Positions 1 through 9,800 of a stretch of DNA of 63,137 bases are shown here, piece by piece (within the stretch, counting starts at the first letter, position 1; the number at the start of each line of letters is the position of its first letter). Both the position numbers and the translations under genes were made by a program. The notes beneath the pieces are model-generated. The model saw only the letters and a program-made list of their open reading frames with translations, did not search any database and was not told where the DNA came from. Source of the stretch: an uncultured Eubacteriales bacterium. GTDB lineage: Bacteria; Actinomycetota; Coriobacteriia; Anaerosomatales; JAAXUF01. The stretch lies in the NCBI GenBank assembly GCA_964541225.1, contig CAZIPN010000009.1, forward strand, positions 1-63,137. Reading direction: 5' to 3'.

Positions 1-49
1 CGACCCTCGGCTTGCAAAGCCGATGCTCTCCCAGCTGAGCTACGTCCCC
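1..49 (-). tRNA. tRNA-Ala(UGC), 3' end cut off by window edge
   Basis: Reverse complement reads GGGGACGTAGCTCAGCTGGGAGAGCATCGGCT-TGC-AAGCCGAGGGTCG: D-arm plus TCGGC/GCCGA anticodon stem with TGC anticodon. Confidence 0.93.
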
Positions 50-62
50 AAGACGCCCGCGT

Positions 63-71
63 ATTCTAGCA
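63..71 (-). promoter_or_regulatory. extended -10 promoter element for tRNA-Ala
   Basis: TGcTAGAAT on minus strand 13 nt upstream of the tRNA 5' end. Confidence 0.5.
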
Positions 72-176
72 TCGGCTCTGCGTGCTCGCCACGCCCACGA
101 AACTGCACACATATAGGTGATGCCAACCGCGTCCAGCGGGAATCAAGACGAAGGATCCCTCTCTCCTGGAGCCCAC

Positions 177-1934
177 ATGCCGAACCGCCTCGCGTACGAG
201 ACATCCCCATACCTAAGGATGCATGCCGAGGACCCAGTGGACTGGTACCCGTGGGGCGAGACCGCCTTCGCGCGCGCGCGAGATCTTGGCAGACCGATCT
301 TCCTGTCCATCGGCTACGCGTCGTGCCACTGGTGCCACGTCATGCAGCGTGAGTCGTTCCAGGATCCCGCCGTCGCCGAGGCGCTCAACAACCGCTTCGT
401 CTCGATCAAGGTGGACCGAGAGAGTCGGCCCGACGTCGATGAGCTGTACATGGCCTACGTCGTTGCAGCCAATGGACGTGGCGGTTGGCCGATGAGCGTC
501 TTCTTGACGCCTCGACTCCTGCCGATCTTTGGCGGCACGTACTTCCCCCCGGAACCCGCGCACAACTTGCCGAGTTTCCTCGACGTGCTCGACGACGTCT
601 CGGCGGCCTTCGGCGACCGTCCGCACGTTGCCGACAATACCGCCGAGCAAGCCATCGCTTATCTGAGCGACCTCTTCCAGCCACCGCTTCCCGACGAAGT
701 GAGCCGCGGTCTGCTGCACCGCTCGGCAGACAGCGTACTGCGCGCGAGCGATCGCGTGCATGGCGGGTTCGGCGGAGCGCCCAAGTTCCCGCAATCGCCC
801 GTCATCGACTTCCTCCTCGCCTACCACACGCTCACCGGAGACGAGCGTTCACTCGAGGTCGCAACCCAAACGGTTCGCGCGATCGTTCGGGGTGGCATCT
901 TCGACCAGGTTGGCGGAGGGATCGCTCGCTACGCGGTGGATGACAGCTGGCTCGTGCCACACTTCGAGAAGATGCTCTTCGACAACGGTCAGCTACTGGG
1001 TTCGCTCGCTCGGTTGCAAGCGGCCTCCCCAGCCGACGAGTGGGCGCATGCCATCCGCATGACCGCCAACTTCCTCGACCGCGATCTCGCCACGCCAGAC
1101 GGCACGTACATGTCGTCCCTCTCGGCAGACACGCAAGGCCGAGAGGGCGCGACGTATGTGTGGACCTACGAGGAACTCGCCCAGGCACTCTCCCCCGCTG
1201 AACTGAGCCTTGCCGAGAAAGAGCTCGGCGTCACACTCAGAGGCAACTGGGAAGATCACACGATCATCACGCGGCCAAACGGTCGCGAGAAGGATGCCGA
1301 GGCGGTCGACGGGGTTCTCGGCAAGCTGCTTGCACTGCGCGCCGAGCGACCACAGCCTGACGCCGACACGAAGGTGCTTGTGAGCTGGAACGCACTCGCC
1401 GCCCGAGGGTTGCTCGACGCGGGGCTCGTGCTGCACGACCAGGCCCTCATTCAGCGCGGACTCGAGCTCACTCGGCACTTGCTCGAACACGCAGTCACGC
1501 CCACGGGAGACGTCGTGCATCTGCTGGGCGACGAGACAAGTGCGCGGGTACGCCTCGCAAGCGACGCGACGGCCCTCGCGCTCGCCGCGGCGGTGGCGCA
1601 CCACGTCAGTGGCGATGAGATGTTTCTCGACCAGGCCGCTCGGCTGCTCAGGCGAGCCAGCGAGGTCTTCTCCAACGGCGGCGTGTGGTACATGACCCCT
1701 GAGGACACCGAGCTTCCGTTGCGCCCGCTCGCCCAGCACGACAGCCCAACGCCGACAAGTGCATCATTGGCCGCCCAGACGGCCACGCACCTGTGGAGCG
1801 AAACCGGCGAGGAATCGTTTCGATGGATCGCCGAGGATGCGCTGGAGCGCCTCGTGCCCGTCGCCGAGAGGTCACCGTTTCAGGCAAGCGCCGCGCTCAC
1901 CGCAATTACGGAGCTGTTTCTCGCGGGACGCTGA
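177..1934 (+). CDS. thioredoxin domain-containing protein, YyaL/SSP411 (DUF255) family
   Basis: MPNRLAYETSPYLRMHA N-terminus, SIGYASCHWCHVM, KVDRESRPDVD, GGWPMSVFLTP, PHFEKML motifs; ORF track start at 117 is an alternative. Confidence 0.9.
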   Translation: MPNRLAYETSPYLRMHAEDPVDWYPWGETAFARARDLGRPIFLSIGYASCHWCHVMQRESFQDPAVAEALNNRFVSIKVDRESRPDVDELYMAYVVAANGRGGWPMSVFLTPRLLPIFGGTYFPPEPAHNLPSFLDVLDDVSAAFGDRPHVADNTAEQAIAYLSDLFQPPLPDEVSRGLLHRSADSVLRASDRVHGGFGGAPKFPQSPVIDFLLAYHTLTGDERSLEVATQTVRAIVRGGIFDQVGGGIARYAVDDSWLVPHFEKMLFDNGQLLGSLARLQAASPADEWAHAIRMTANFLDRDLATPDGTYMSSLSADTQGREGATYVWTYEELAQALSPAELSLAEKELGVTLRGNWEDHTIITRPNGREKDAEAVDGVLGKLLALRAERPQPDADTKVLVSWNALAARGLLDAGLVLHDQALIQRGLELTRHLLEHAVTPTGDVVHLLGDETSARVRLASDATALALAAAVAHHVSGDEMFLDQAARLLRRASEVFSNGGVWYMTPEDTELPLRPLAQHDSPTPTSASLAAQTATHLWSETGEESFRWIAEDALERLVPVAERSPFQASAALTAITELFLAGR

Positions 1935-2010
1935 CCGAGACGCGCGTGCGTGGCGTCCACGTCGATTGGCAACACCTCGCAACGCGCGACGCGGCCCGCG
2001 AGCAGGCGTG

Positions 2011-3219
2011 CTACGCCACAAGCTCCTCATCAGGCTGCAGAACCACCATCGACCGACGAGTCTGCGAGCGCGTTGCCCACGGGAAGACGATCCCGAGAAT
2101 CGGCGGCACGACCACAGTCGAGACGACGACCACGAGCACGATCATGGCATACGACTGAGCCCCGATCACCTTCATCGCAAGACCGGTGGACGCCACGATG
2201 AGCCCCACCTCGCCGCGCGGCACCATGCCGATGCCCACGGCGATCATGCGCTTCCAACCCATGCCCCATCCGCCGACGCCACAACCCACAACCTTGGTCG
2301 CCACCGCAATCGCCACGAGCGCAAGACCGGGGACCAACACGCTCGGGCTGCTGAAGAGCGAAGCCTGGACCTGCATCCCGGTCACCACGAAGAAGTACGG
2401 CACCAGCCACTCGTACAATGGTCGAGCCTGCTTGGTGAGTTCCCAGCGGTCCTCCGTCTCGGCGAACATCATCCCCGCGAAGAACGCACCGACGATTCCG
2501 GCCAACCCGATCGACTCGGCAAGTGCGGCCATCGCAAGCATCACGATCAGTGCGATCACGAGACCGGCGTTGGGGATCTTGAGCCGATCGAGCCAGTGCG
2601 CATGCCGCTTGACCAGCACCGGAGCGAGAAACAGCTCGAAGCCGACAAATGCGATGACTTGCGCAAGGATGATCACAAGGTGCCAGACATTCACACCGCC
2701 GTGCGCCGAACCCACGACGATGGAGAGTACGAGCATCCCCAAGACGTCGTCGATCACTGCGGCGGCGAGCACAATGCGCGCCTCCACCGTCGAGACCAGG
2801 CCGAGGTCGGCGAGCACACGGGCCGTGATACCAACAGATGTCGCGACAAGCGCCGTGCCGATGAAGAGCGCCTCGGGAGTCCCATGGCCGAGAGCCAGAC
2901 CGAACCACGTTCCCAGGATCAGCGGAAGCACGATCCCGATGCTGCCGACCACGAACGCGCGCCCGCCCACCTTGAACAGTTCTGACGGTCGCGTCTCAAG
3001 ACCGACCACGAACATCAGAACGATGACTCCCATCGTTCCGACGGTCGTAAGCGTCTCTGACGGATGCACCCAGCCGAGCAATCCAGGGCCAACAATCATG
3101 CCCGCGATGAGTTCGCCGATGACCGCTGGTTGCTTGAGCCGCTCGAATACCTCGCCCATGAGTTTGGCGGCAGCAAACACCAGCAACAACTCAACTAGGA
3201 TTCTGGATGTCTCGCCCAC
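2011..3219 (-). CDS. cation:proton antiporter (CPA2, NapA/Kef-type)
   Basis: Multi-TM protein with LKQPAVIGELIAGMIVGP, AAVIDDVLG, GMVPRGEVGLI; GTG start at 3219 preceded by GGAGG. Confidence 0.9.
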   Translation of the reverse strand: MGETSRILVELLLVFAAAKLMGEVFERLKQPAVIGELIAGMIVGPGLLGWVHPSETLTTVGTMGVIVLMFVVGLETRPSELFKVGGRAFVVGSIGIVLPLILGTWFGLALGHGTPEALFIGTALVATSVGITARVLADLGLVSTVEARIVLAAAVIDDVLGMLVLSIVVGSAHGGVNVWHLVIILAQVIAFVGFELFLAPVLVKRHAHWLDRLKIPNAGLVIALIVMLAMAALAESIGLAGIVGAFFAGMMFAETEDRWELTKQARPLYEWLVPYFFVVTGMQVQASLFSSPSVLVPGLALVAIAVATKVVGCGVGGWGMGWKRMIAVGIGMVPRGEVGLIVASTGLAMKVIGAQSYAMIVLVVVVSTVVVPPILGIVFPWATRSQTRRSMVVLQPDEELVA

Positions 3220-3507
3220 AGCAGCCTCCGTTTCGCGCGCACACCAGAACTCTAGGCCGGCTGCGTTGCTCGGTTGTTTCGGGACGCGAAACATCCCGAG
3301 CAATCGAACGACCTGCTGAAACGCAAGTTTCACGCGCCCTTCTTGGCTACGACACACTGTGGAAACCCAGCCCCCCTACGGTGCTTGCGTGGCACAAGGT
3401 CACCCGAGGGAGTGCGCGGCCCTCGGTTCGCCGTCCAACGACGTACGGCGCCCCTTCCCTGCACGGTCCGCGAACGCGGGCCGGACACCGACAAGGAGGT
3501 GTAGGCG

Positions 3508-5133
3508 TTGAAGTCGCTAATGACACGGATCTTTGATCCTGCGGTCGTGCGCGGAAAGATGCCGGACATCTTGAAACGCGCGGCCGTACGCACCCTGGTG
3601 CTTACGCTCGTTGCACTTGCGCTTCTGCCCGCCCTGGCATGGGCGGGTGATCCGAATGGTTCGGCGACGGGCGACATTTCTTCAGTCACTGCCGCCACCG
3701 CTGGCAAGCCAACTATGGCTGAGATGGGCGCCGCTCTCGGGCATCTCAGCACCGCCACGAACATGTTCTTCGTGATTGTGGGCATGGCGCTGATCTTCTT
3801 CATGCAGGCTGGCTTCATGCTCGTTGAGACCGGCTTCTGCCGATCGAAGAACGCCGCTCACGTCGCCATGACGAACTTCATCGTCTTCGGCGTTGGCGCG
3901 ATCGTGTACTGGTTCGTTGGATTCGCAATCGAGTTTGGCGGCTTCGGGTCGCTTTCTAGCCTAGGCGGGGTTGAACCGCTCACAAGTGCCTTTGCACCCG
4001 CTGCCGGCTGGGGACTCTTTGGGTACAAGGGCTTCTTGCTGGGTAGTCTCGGCGACGGAACCTACGACGTGGGCATCTTCGCCTTCTTCTTGTTCCAGCT
4101 CGTCTTCATGGACACCGCGGCAACCATCGTCACCGGAGCAATGGCGGAGCGCTGGAAATTCTCATCGTTCGTGCCCATGGGCATCTTCATGGCCGCCATT
4201 GTCTACCCCGTCTACGGCATGTGGGTCTGGGGCGGCGGCTGGCTTTCGCAGCTCGGCACGACGATGCACCTCGGACACGGAACGCTCGACTTCGCTGGCT
4301 CGTCGGTCGTGCATGCGGTCGGCGGTTTCTCGGCACTCGCTGGTGCCGTCGTGATGGGTCCGCGCATCGGCAAGTTCAAGAAAGACGGCACGCCGGTCGC
4401 ATTCCCGGGCCACCACATCCCGATGGCGATTCTGGGCACGATCATCCTGTTCTTCGGATGGTTCGGCTTCAACGGCATGTCGACGCTTGCCGCCGGTGAC
4501 CTGCGCTTCTCCATCATCATCGCGAACACCATGCTCGCTGGCGCTGCCGGTATGCTCTCGGCCATGTTCTTCGTCTGGAAGCTGTGGGGCAAGCCGGATC
4601 CATCGATGGCCGTCAACGGCACCCTTGCCGGACTGGTCGCTATCACCGCTCCGTGCGCGTTCGTCAGCCCCTGGGCGGCGGTTCTCATCGGAGTGATCGC
4701 CGGCATCCTCGTGGTGCTGTCCGTCATCTTCATCGAGCGCACCCTCAAGATCGACGACCCCGTCGGCGCCGCGTCCGTTCACGGCGTCAATGGCTTGTGG
4801 GGACTCATCGCTCTTGGCCTGTTCGCCGACGGAACCTACGGTGACGGTTTCAACGGAATTGCGGGAACCGTCAGGGGCCTGTTCTACGGCGATCCAGGAC
4901 AGCTGGTCGCTGAGCTCATCGCGTGTGTCGTTGTCTTCGTCTGGGCTTTCGGAGTCTTCTATCTCTTCTTCAAGGCCCAGAAGGCCATCCAGGGTCTGCG
5001 TCCCTCAGAAGCTGGCGAGATCACTGGTTTGGACGCAACCGAGATGGGCGTGTTGGGATACCCCGACTTCGTGACGACCGCGCCACTGTCCGATGGAGCA
5101 TCCGCCCACTTCGCCGGTAGTAGGGAGGAGTAG
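3508..5133 (+). CDS. amtB: ammonium transporter
   Basis: FMQAGFMLVETG, GAMAERWKF, DFAGSSVVHAVGG, GWFGFN, IDDPVGAASVHG motifs; AAGGAGG RBS; followed by a P-II gene. Confidence 0.96.
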   Translation: MKSLMTRIFDPAVVRGKMPDILKRAAVRTLVLTLVALALLPALAWAGDPNGSATGDISSVTAATAGKPTMAEMGAALGHLSTATNMFFVIVGMALIFFMQAGFMLVETGFCRSKNAAHVAMTNFIVFGVGAIVYWFVGFAIEFGGFGSLSSLGGVEPLTSAFAPAAGWGLFGYKGFLLGSLGDGTYDVGIFAFFLFQLVFMDTAATIVTGAMAERWKFSSFVPMGIFMAAIVYPVYGMWVWGGGWLSQLGTTMHLGHGTLDFAGSSVVHAVGGFSALAGAVVMGPRIGKFKKDGTPVAFPGHHIPMAILGTIILFFGWFGFNGMSTLAAGDLRFSIIIANTMLAGAAGMLSAMFFVWKLWGKPDPSMAVNGTLAGLVAITAPCAFVSPWAAVLIGVIAGILVVLSVIFIERTLKIDDPVGAASVHGVNGLWGLIALGLFADGTYGDGFNGIAGTVRGLFYGDPGQLVAELIACVVVFVWAFGVFYLFFKAQKAIQGLRPSEAGEITGLDATEMGVLGYPDFVTTAPLSDGASAHFAGSREE

Positions 5134-5137
5134 CGCA

Positions 5138-5476
5138 ATGAAGCGCGTAGAAGCAATCATCCGACCGGAGCGTCTTGAGTCGGTGAAAGAGGCTCTCACG
5201 GCATTGGGTCACAAGGGCCTCACGGTGACAGAGGTCAAGGGCCACGGGACGCAGAAGGGCATCACACAGCAATGGCGCGGCGAGGAGTACGTCATCGACT
5301 TGCTGCCCAAGATCCAGGTCGTTGCTGTGGTCAACGACCACGAGGTGACTGACGTGGTAGCGGAGATCCAGAAGGCCGCCCGCACCGATCGCATCGGTGA
5401 TGGCAAGATCTTCGTCTCCCCAATTGAAGAGGTCGTCCGGGTTCGCACTGGAGAACATGGACCTGAGGCTCTCTAG
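5138..5476 (+). CDS. glnK: P-II family nitrogen regulator
   Basis: MKRVEAIIRPERL, EVKGHGTQKG, GEEY T-loop, IGDGKIFV, RVRTGE; operon with amtB. Confidence 0.93.
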   Translation: MKRVEAIIRPERLESVKEALTALGHKGLTVTEVKGHGTQKGITQQWRGEEYVIDLLPKIQVVAVVNDHEVTDVVAEIQKAARTDRIGDGKIFVSPIEEVVRVRTGEHGPEAL

Positions 5477-5501
5477 CGTTTCAACCGATCCACAATACGC
5501 G

Positions 5502-5527
5502 GGAGCGGGCCCGATTGGGTCCGCTCC
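5502..5527. terminator. hairpin terminator after amtB-glnK, possibly bidirectional
   Basis: GGAGCGGGCCC-GATT-GGGTCCGCTCC stem-loop. Confidence 0.6.
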
Positions 5528-5534
5528 TTCGCGC

Positions 5535-5814
5535 TAGCCCAACGGCTGCGTGCCGTCGGCTTCCCTGTCACCGTGATGGCCTTCGCACCGCCCGAGGTGC
5601 CATTCTAAAGAGGCGGTCTTCGGGGAATGTAGGCCCTCTCTGCGTTTGGCCGCATCCCCGGATCTTCCAGAGGCTTATGCCCGGTACCCCGACTCACATG
5701 AACCGCTCGTCGAAGTCCTTCCTCTGCCATCCCGGCTCAGGTCTTCTGACGCTTCGCTTTCCACCAGTGATTGTCCTCCTCACTGCCGGATGCGGCGCAT
5801 GCGGTTCGCGCCTC
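5535..5814 (-). ncRNA. candidate structured non-coding RNA of unknown family
   Basis: -10 TATAGT (5821-5826, minus) 6 nt upstream of G5814; several complementary segment pairs including one crossing pairing; no convincing CDS in the 470-bp gap; 3' end uncertain (5610 or ~5535). Confidence 0.5.
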
Positions 5815-5944
5815 ACCACGACTATACGCCCCCAACATCGTGATCGTAACGCTCGCGGAGCGTCCGAAACGACGAACGGCCCCCACTGGGAGCCGTTCGG
5901 TCGTGCCCGTATGGCGCCAACCGCTGGTCGGCGCCGTGCACACA

Positions 5945-6700
5945 CTACTTGAGGTTGTTCAGCGCTTGCTGGAGTGCGTCGCTGGTCTGTTCGCCAACAA
6001 GTTGGCCCGACACGATTCCGTCCTTCGTGACGAACACGAACGTCGGCACGTACTGTGCGCCGAGCTTGTCGGCAAGCGATATCGCACTCTGGTCAGATCC
6101 GTCCACATTGAGCACTCGGAATTCGATGTTCGGGTTCTTCTGCTTGAGCCCCTCGACCAGGGGTTGCATCTTGGTGCACGTGGGTCAAGTTGGGGTGTAG
6201 AGCTCAACGAACACGGGCTTGCCCGACGTCGGGATCGTTTGCTGTGAAGTCGTCGCGCCCTTCTCCAGCGGACCCGACCACGAAACCACACCTCCCGTAA
6301 GGTTGGCGACGCTCTTGAAGCCCATCGACTCCATGGCGCTCTGGCCAGCAGCCGATCGTTCCCCGGTCGCGCAGTACAGCACATAGTCTTTGTCCCGATC
6401 CCAGTTTGCCGCCGCGTTCTGCAGCTCATCGACCGGGACGTTCACTGCGCCCTTGATGTGCCCCATCGCGTACTCGCCCTGCGTGCGCACGTCGACAACC
6501 TGCGCGCCAGCCTTCTGAGCGGCCAAGAGCCCCGCCGAGTCAACATCGCGGAACCCACCGCCAGCACTGTTCGCACTCGGCTTGAAAAGAAGCACGCCGA
6601 TTACGATGACAACGATCCCGACAATGATCCACGGAAGGGCTTTCTTCATCGAAGAGGAATTCGCCGTTGATTTCTTCTTCGCTGGGGAGGTCTTCTTCAC
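5945..6700 (-). CDS. putative selenoprotein: N-terminal membrane anchor + rhodanese domain + thioredoxin domain with U-P-T-C motif (UGA at 6185-6187 read as Sec)
   Basis: ORFs 6185..6709 and 5945..6169 are in one frame; read-through gives FVELYTPT-U-PTCTKMQP...YVPTFVF; rhodanese motifs VDVRTQGEYAMGHIKGA and YCATGERS; SECIS-like hairpin follows; AAAGGAG RBS before GTG 6700. Confidence 0.85.
6141..6168 (-). promoter_or_regulatory. bacterial SECIS-like element
   Basis: UGC-AA-CCCCU-GGUCG-AGGGG-CUCAA-GCA; the apical loop starts with GG, 26 nt after the UGA. Confidence 0.7.
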
Positions 6701-6727
6701 GGCCCACACTCCTTTGCACCGGCCGCC

Positions 6728-6756
6728 ATCATACCCCGCAGGGTATTGGCGCGCAA
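6728..6756 (-). promoter_or_regulatory. sigma70-type promoter of the selenoprotein gene
   Basis: TTGCGC-17 nt-TATGAT on the minus strand. Confidence 0.55.
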
Positions 6757-6874
6757 TGTCATTCTGTCTTGCTATAGTCGTCAGCAGGGGCTACTCGGGG
6801 ATAATGATGCGATGGGATCACTCCCCAGCAAGTCACCGACCAACCTTCGCGGACCCGTCCGCCCAAGGAGTCAC

Positions 6875-9800
6875 ATGCCGGACACGCCTGCAGGGACGAA
6901 CTCGAGGGCAGCGAGCAACGAAACGCCCTTTCGCGAGGAATTGCTTTCTGCCGATCGACTCGCCGAGGAAGCTCGGCACATTGCCTCTCGGCAGACATGG
7001 ACAGCGGGCAAGCGACTGCGCACGACGCCCCTCATTCCGCTTCTGCATCGCGCCGCTACCGGACTCGCCGCAGACAACCACGAACTCGCTCAGGCCGCCC
7101 GCGCAACGGGCGCTTCGCCCCCCGCCGGCGAATGGTTGCTCGACAACTACTACCTAATCGAGCAGCAGGTCATCCTCGTTCGCGACGATCTGCCTGGCGG
7201 CTATGGGATGGAATTGCCCCGCTTGACCGAGGGGCCGTATCGGGACTTCCCTCGGCTGTACTCGGCACTTCTCACGCTCTTGGGGCACACTGACTCACGC
7301 CTCGACGAGGAGTACCTCCTGCGTTTCGTCTCTGGCTACCAGGAGATCTCCCCGCTCACGATCGGCGAGGTGTGGGCTGTGCCGATCATGCTGCGCATCG
7401 GCCTGGTCGAGAACTTGCGTCGACTCTCCCGCGCTGCGGTCTCGTTCTTGCGCGCCGAACTGGCTGCCGACGAATGGGCCGAGCGACTGCTGCTGGCAAC
7501 TCGAGACGCAGCCGACACACTGCCATCCCTCCTCGGCACCATCGATGTCGAGACGCGTGGCATGCCACCAGCGTTCTTCGCGCGCTTCGCCCGCAGGCTC
7601 GGCGAGGTGGAATACGGCGGAGACGCGATCAATGCCTGGATCGAGCGACGTCTCTCGGCGGAGAACATCGTTCTCGAGGACGCCGCCGTACAAGCGCAGC
7701 AGGAGCAAGCAGCCGATCAGGTGTCGATCGCGAACTCAATCACCAGCATTCGATTCCTGGACGCGTTGGATTGGCGCGAGTTTTTCGAACGCGTGAGCGT
7801 CGCCGAGGAGATACTGCGCCGAGATCCCGCGCAAACGTACGCGGTCATGGACTTTGGTAGCCGCGATCGGTATCGGCACGCACTCGAAGTCCTGGCCCGA
7901 CGCTCGGACGCAGGTGAGATCGACATCGCCCAGAGAGCCGTCGTGCTCGCCCGCGATGCGCTCGCGCGCGATGCGTCCGATCAGGTGCGCGGACACGTAG
8001 GCTGGTGGCTTGCCGGAGCCGGGCGCTACGACCTCGAGCCGGCGATCTCGTATCGGCCGATCCTGAGCGAATGGATCTACCGCACGGTGTTGAGGCCGAA
8101 AGCGTTCGTGTACGTGATGATGCTTCTGGTGTTGACCGCGCTGCTCGGCGTAGGGCTCGTCGCATACGCACAGTCTGCAGGCTCGGCGACGTGGCAAGTC
8201 GTGGTCCTGCTGCTCATCAGCCTGGTGCCACTGACTGACCTCGCACTCATCGTGGTGAACCGCGTCGTGGCTTTCCTGTTTCCGCCACGCCAACTTGCCA
8301 AGCTCGACCCGCGACTCCCCGTCGATGACTCGCACCGCACGTTTGTGGTGTTCCCGGCACTGCTCTCCTCGGTGGGCAGTGCTCGTAGCATCGTCGAGCA
8401 CCTCGAGACGACGTATCTGGCGAATCGCGACAGCAACATCGCTTTCGGGCTTGTCGGCGACTTGCGCGCCTCGACCGAGCAAACGCGGAGCGACGACGGC
8501 GACATCACTGAGGCGACCGTGCGCGGCATCTCGGAACTCAACGAACGCTACGAGGCCGAGCACGGCGTACGCCCCTTCCACCTCCTGATACGCGAGCGTA
8601 AGTACAACGAATCCGAGGCGGCATGGATGGGATGGGAGCGCAAGCGAGGCGCGCTCACGGAACTGGTCAGGGAGATGCGTGGCGAGACCAACACCTCGTT
8701 CGTCACCAAGATCGGCGACGCCGCGTTTCGCCACTCGTGCGTCTTCGCCATCACGCTCGATTCCGACACCATCCTTCCACGCGACGGGGCGCGCAAGCTC
8801 ATCTGCGCGATCGCGCACCCCCTCAATCGCGCGCGCTGGACGCCAGGCGACCCTCGTGTGTCGAGCGGCTACGGCCTCATACAGCCTCGAATCGACATGA
8901 CGCTGCCAGGCTCTAAGCGCAGTCGCTTCGCCGAGATGCACTCCGGACGAACCGGTATCGATCCATACTCCGGCGCCGTCTCCGACACCTATCAGGATGT
9001 GTTCGGCGAGGGCTCGTTCACCGGCAAGGGCATCTTCGAGATCGACGTCTTCGCAGGCGTGCTCGAGGGCCGATTCCCAGAGAACACGCTGCTCTCACAC
9101 GACCTCGTCGAGGGCTCGTTCCTGCGCACCGCGCTCGCAAGCGACATCGAGGTTCTCGACGACTACCCCGCCAACTACCTCGCCGCCTCCTCTCGGCTGC
9201 ATCGCTGGGTACGCGGGGACTGGCAGACGCTGCCGTGGCTCGGCGTGCGCGTTGCCAACACCTCGGGCCAAGGTGAGCTCAATCCCCTATCGGTACTGCA
9301 CCGCTGGAAGATGCTCGACAACCTGCGCCGCTCCCTCGTGCCGCCTACGATGCTGCTCATGTTCGCGCTCGGCTGGCTCCTGCTTCCTCATGCGCTGCTG
9401 TCCTGGCCGATTCTGCTTCTGCTGCTGGTTCTCTTCCCCGCGTATTTCTCGCTCGCCGACGCGATGGTTTTCCGTCCGCGCAGCGTCAGTTTCGTATCCA
9501 GCGCTCCGTCGCTTCTGCGCGACTTCGCTGGCGACTCATGGCGGGGTGCAGTCTCGCTCGCTGTGCTGCCACACCAAGCGTGGCTGATGGCCGACGCGAT
9601 CACGCGCGCGCTCTATCGCATGACCATCTCCCACAAGCACCTGCTCGAGTGGGAAACCGCCGCCGATGCCGAGAAACGCGCAGGCACAACGCGCGCTGCC
9701 TTCTGGCGGGCGATGGGGCCCGTGGCAATCGTCGCGGTACTCGTCGTCCTCGCAACCACCCTCGGCCAAGGCTGGCGCGTCGCGGCCACAATCCCGCTCG

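Noticed and set aside
3429..3450. ANTAR-type hairpin (C-AACGAC-G loop) in the amtB leader
   Set aside because: ANTAR targets need two tandem hexaloop hairpins; only one imperfect one is visible.
5675..5764. 29-aa ORF (VESEASEDLSRDGRGRTSTSGSCESGYRA) after AGGAGG on the minus strand
   Set aside because: No recognisable motif, a 10-nt RBS spacing, and it lies inside the predicted RNA structure. It cannot be fully excluded, but is not supported.
5540..5814. Cobalamin riboswitch (GTCAGAAGACCTG), lysine riboswitch (GAGGCGCGAAC), tmRNA or group II intron resemblance
   Set aside because: Only isolated short matches; the other conserved elements are absent or out of order, and no gene lies downstream on that strand.
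6185..6187. Pseudogene, or two separate genes, at the in-frame TGA
   Set aside because: The TGA falls exactly on the first Cys position of a CxxC and is followed by a SECIS-like hairpin, and the downstream 74-aa ORF alone lacks an active site. Sec read-through is the simpler explanation, pending a check for sel genes.
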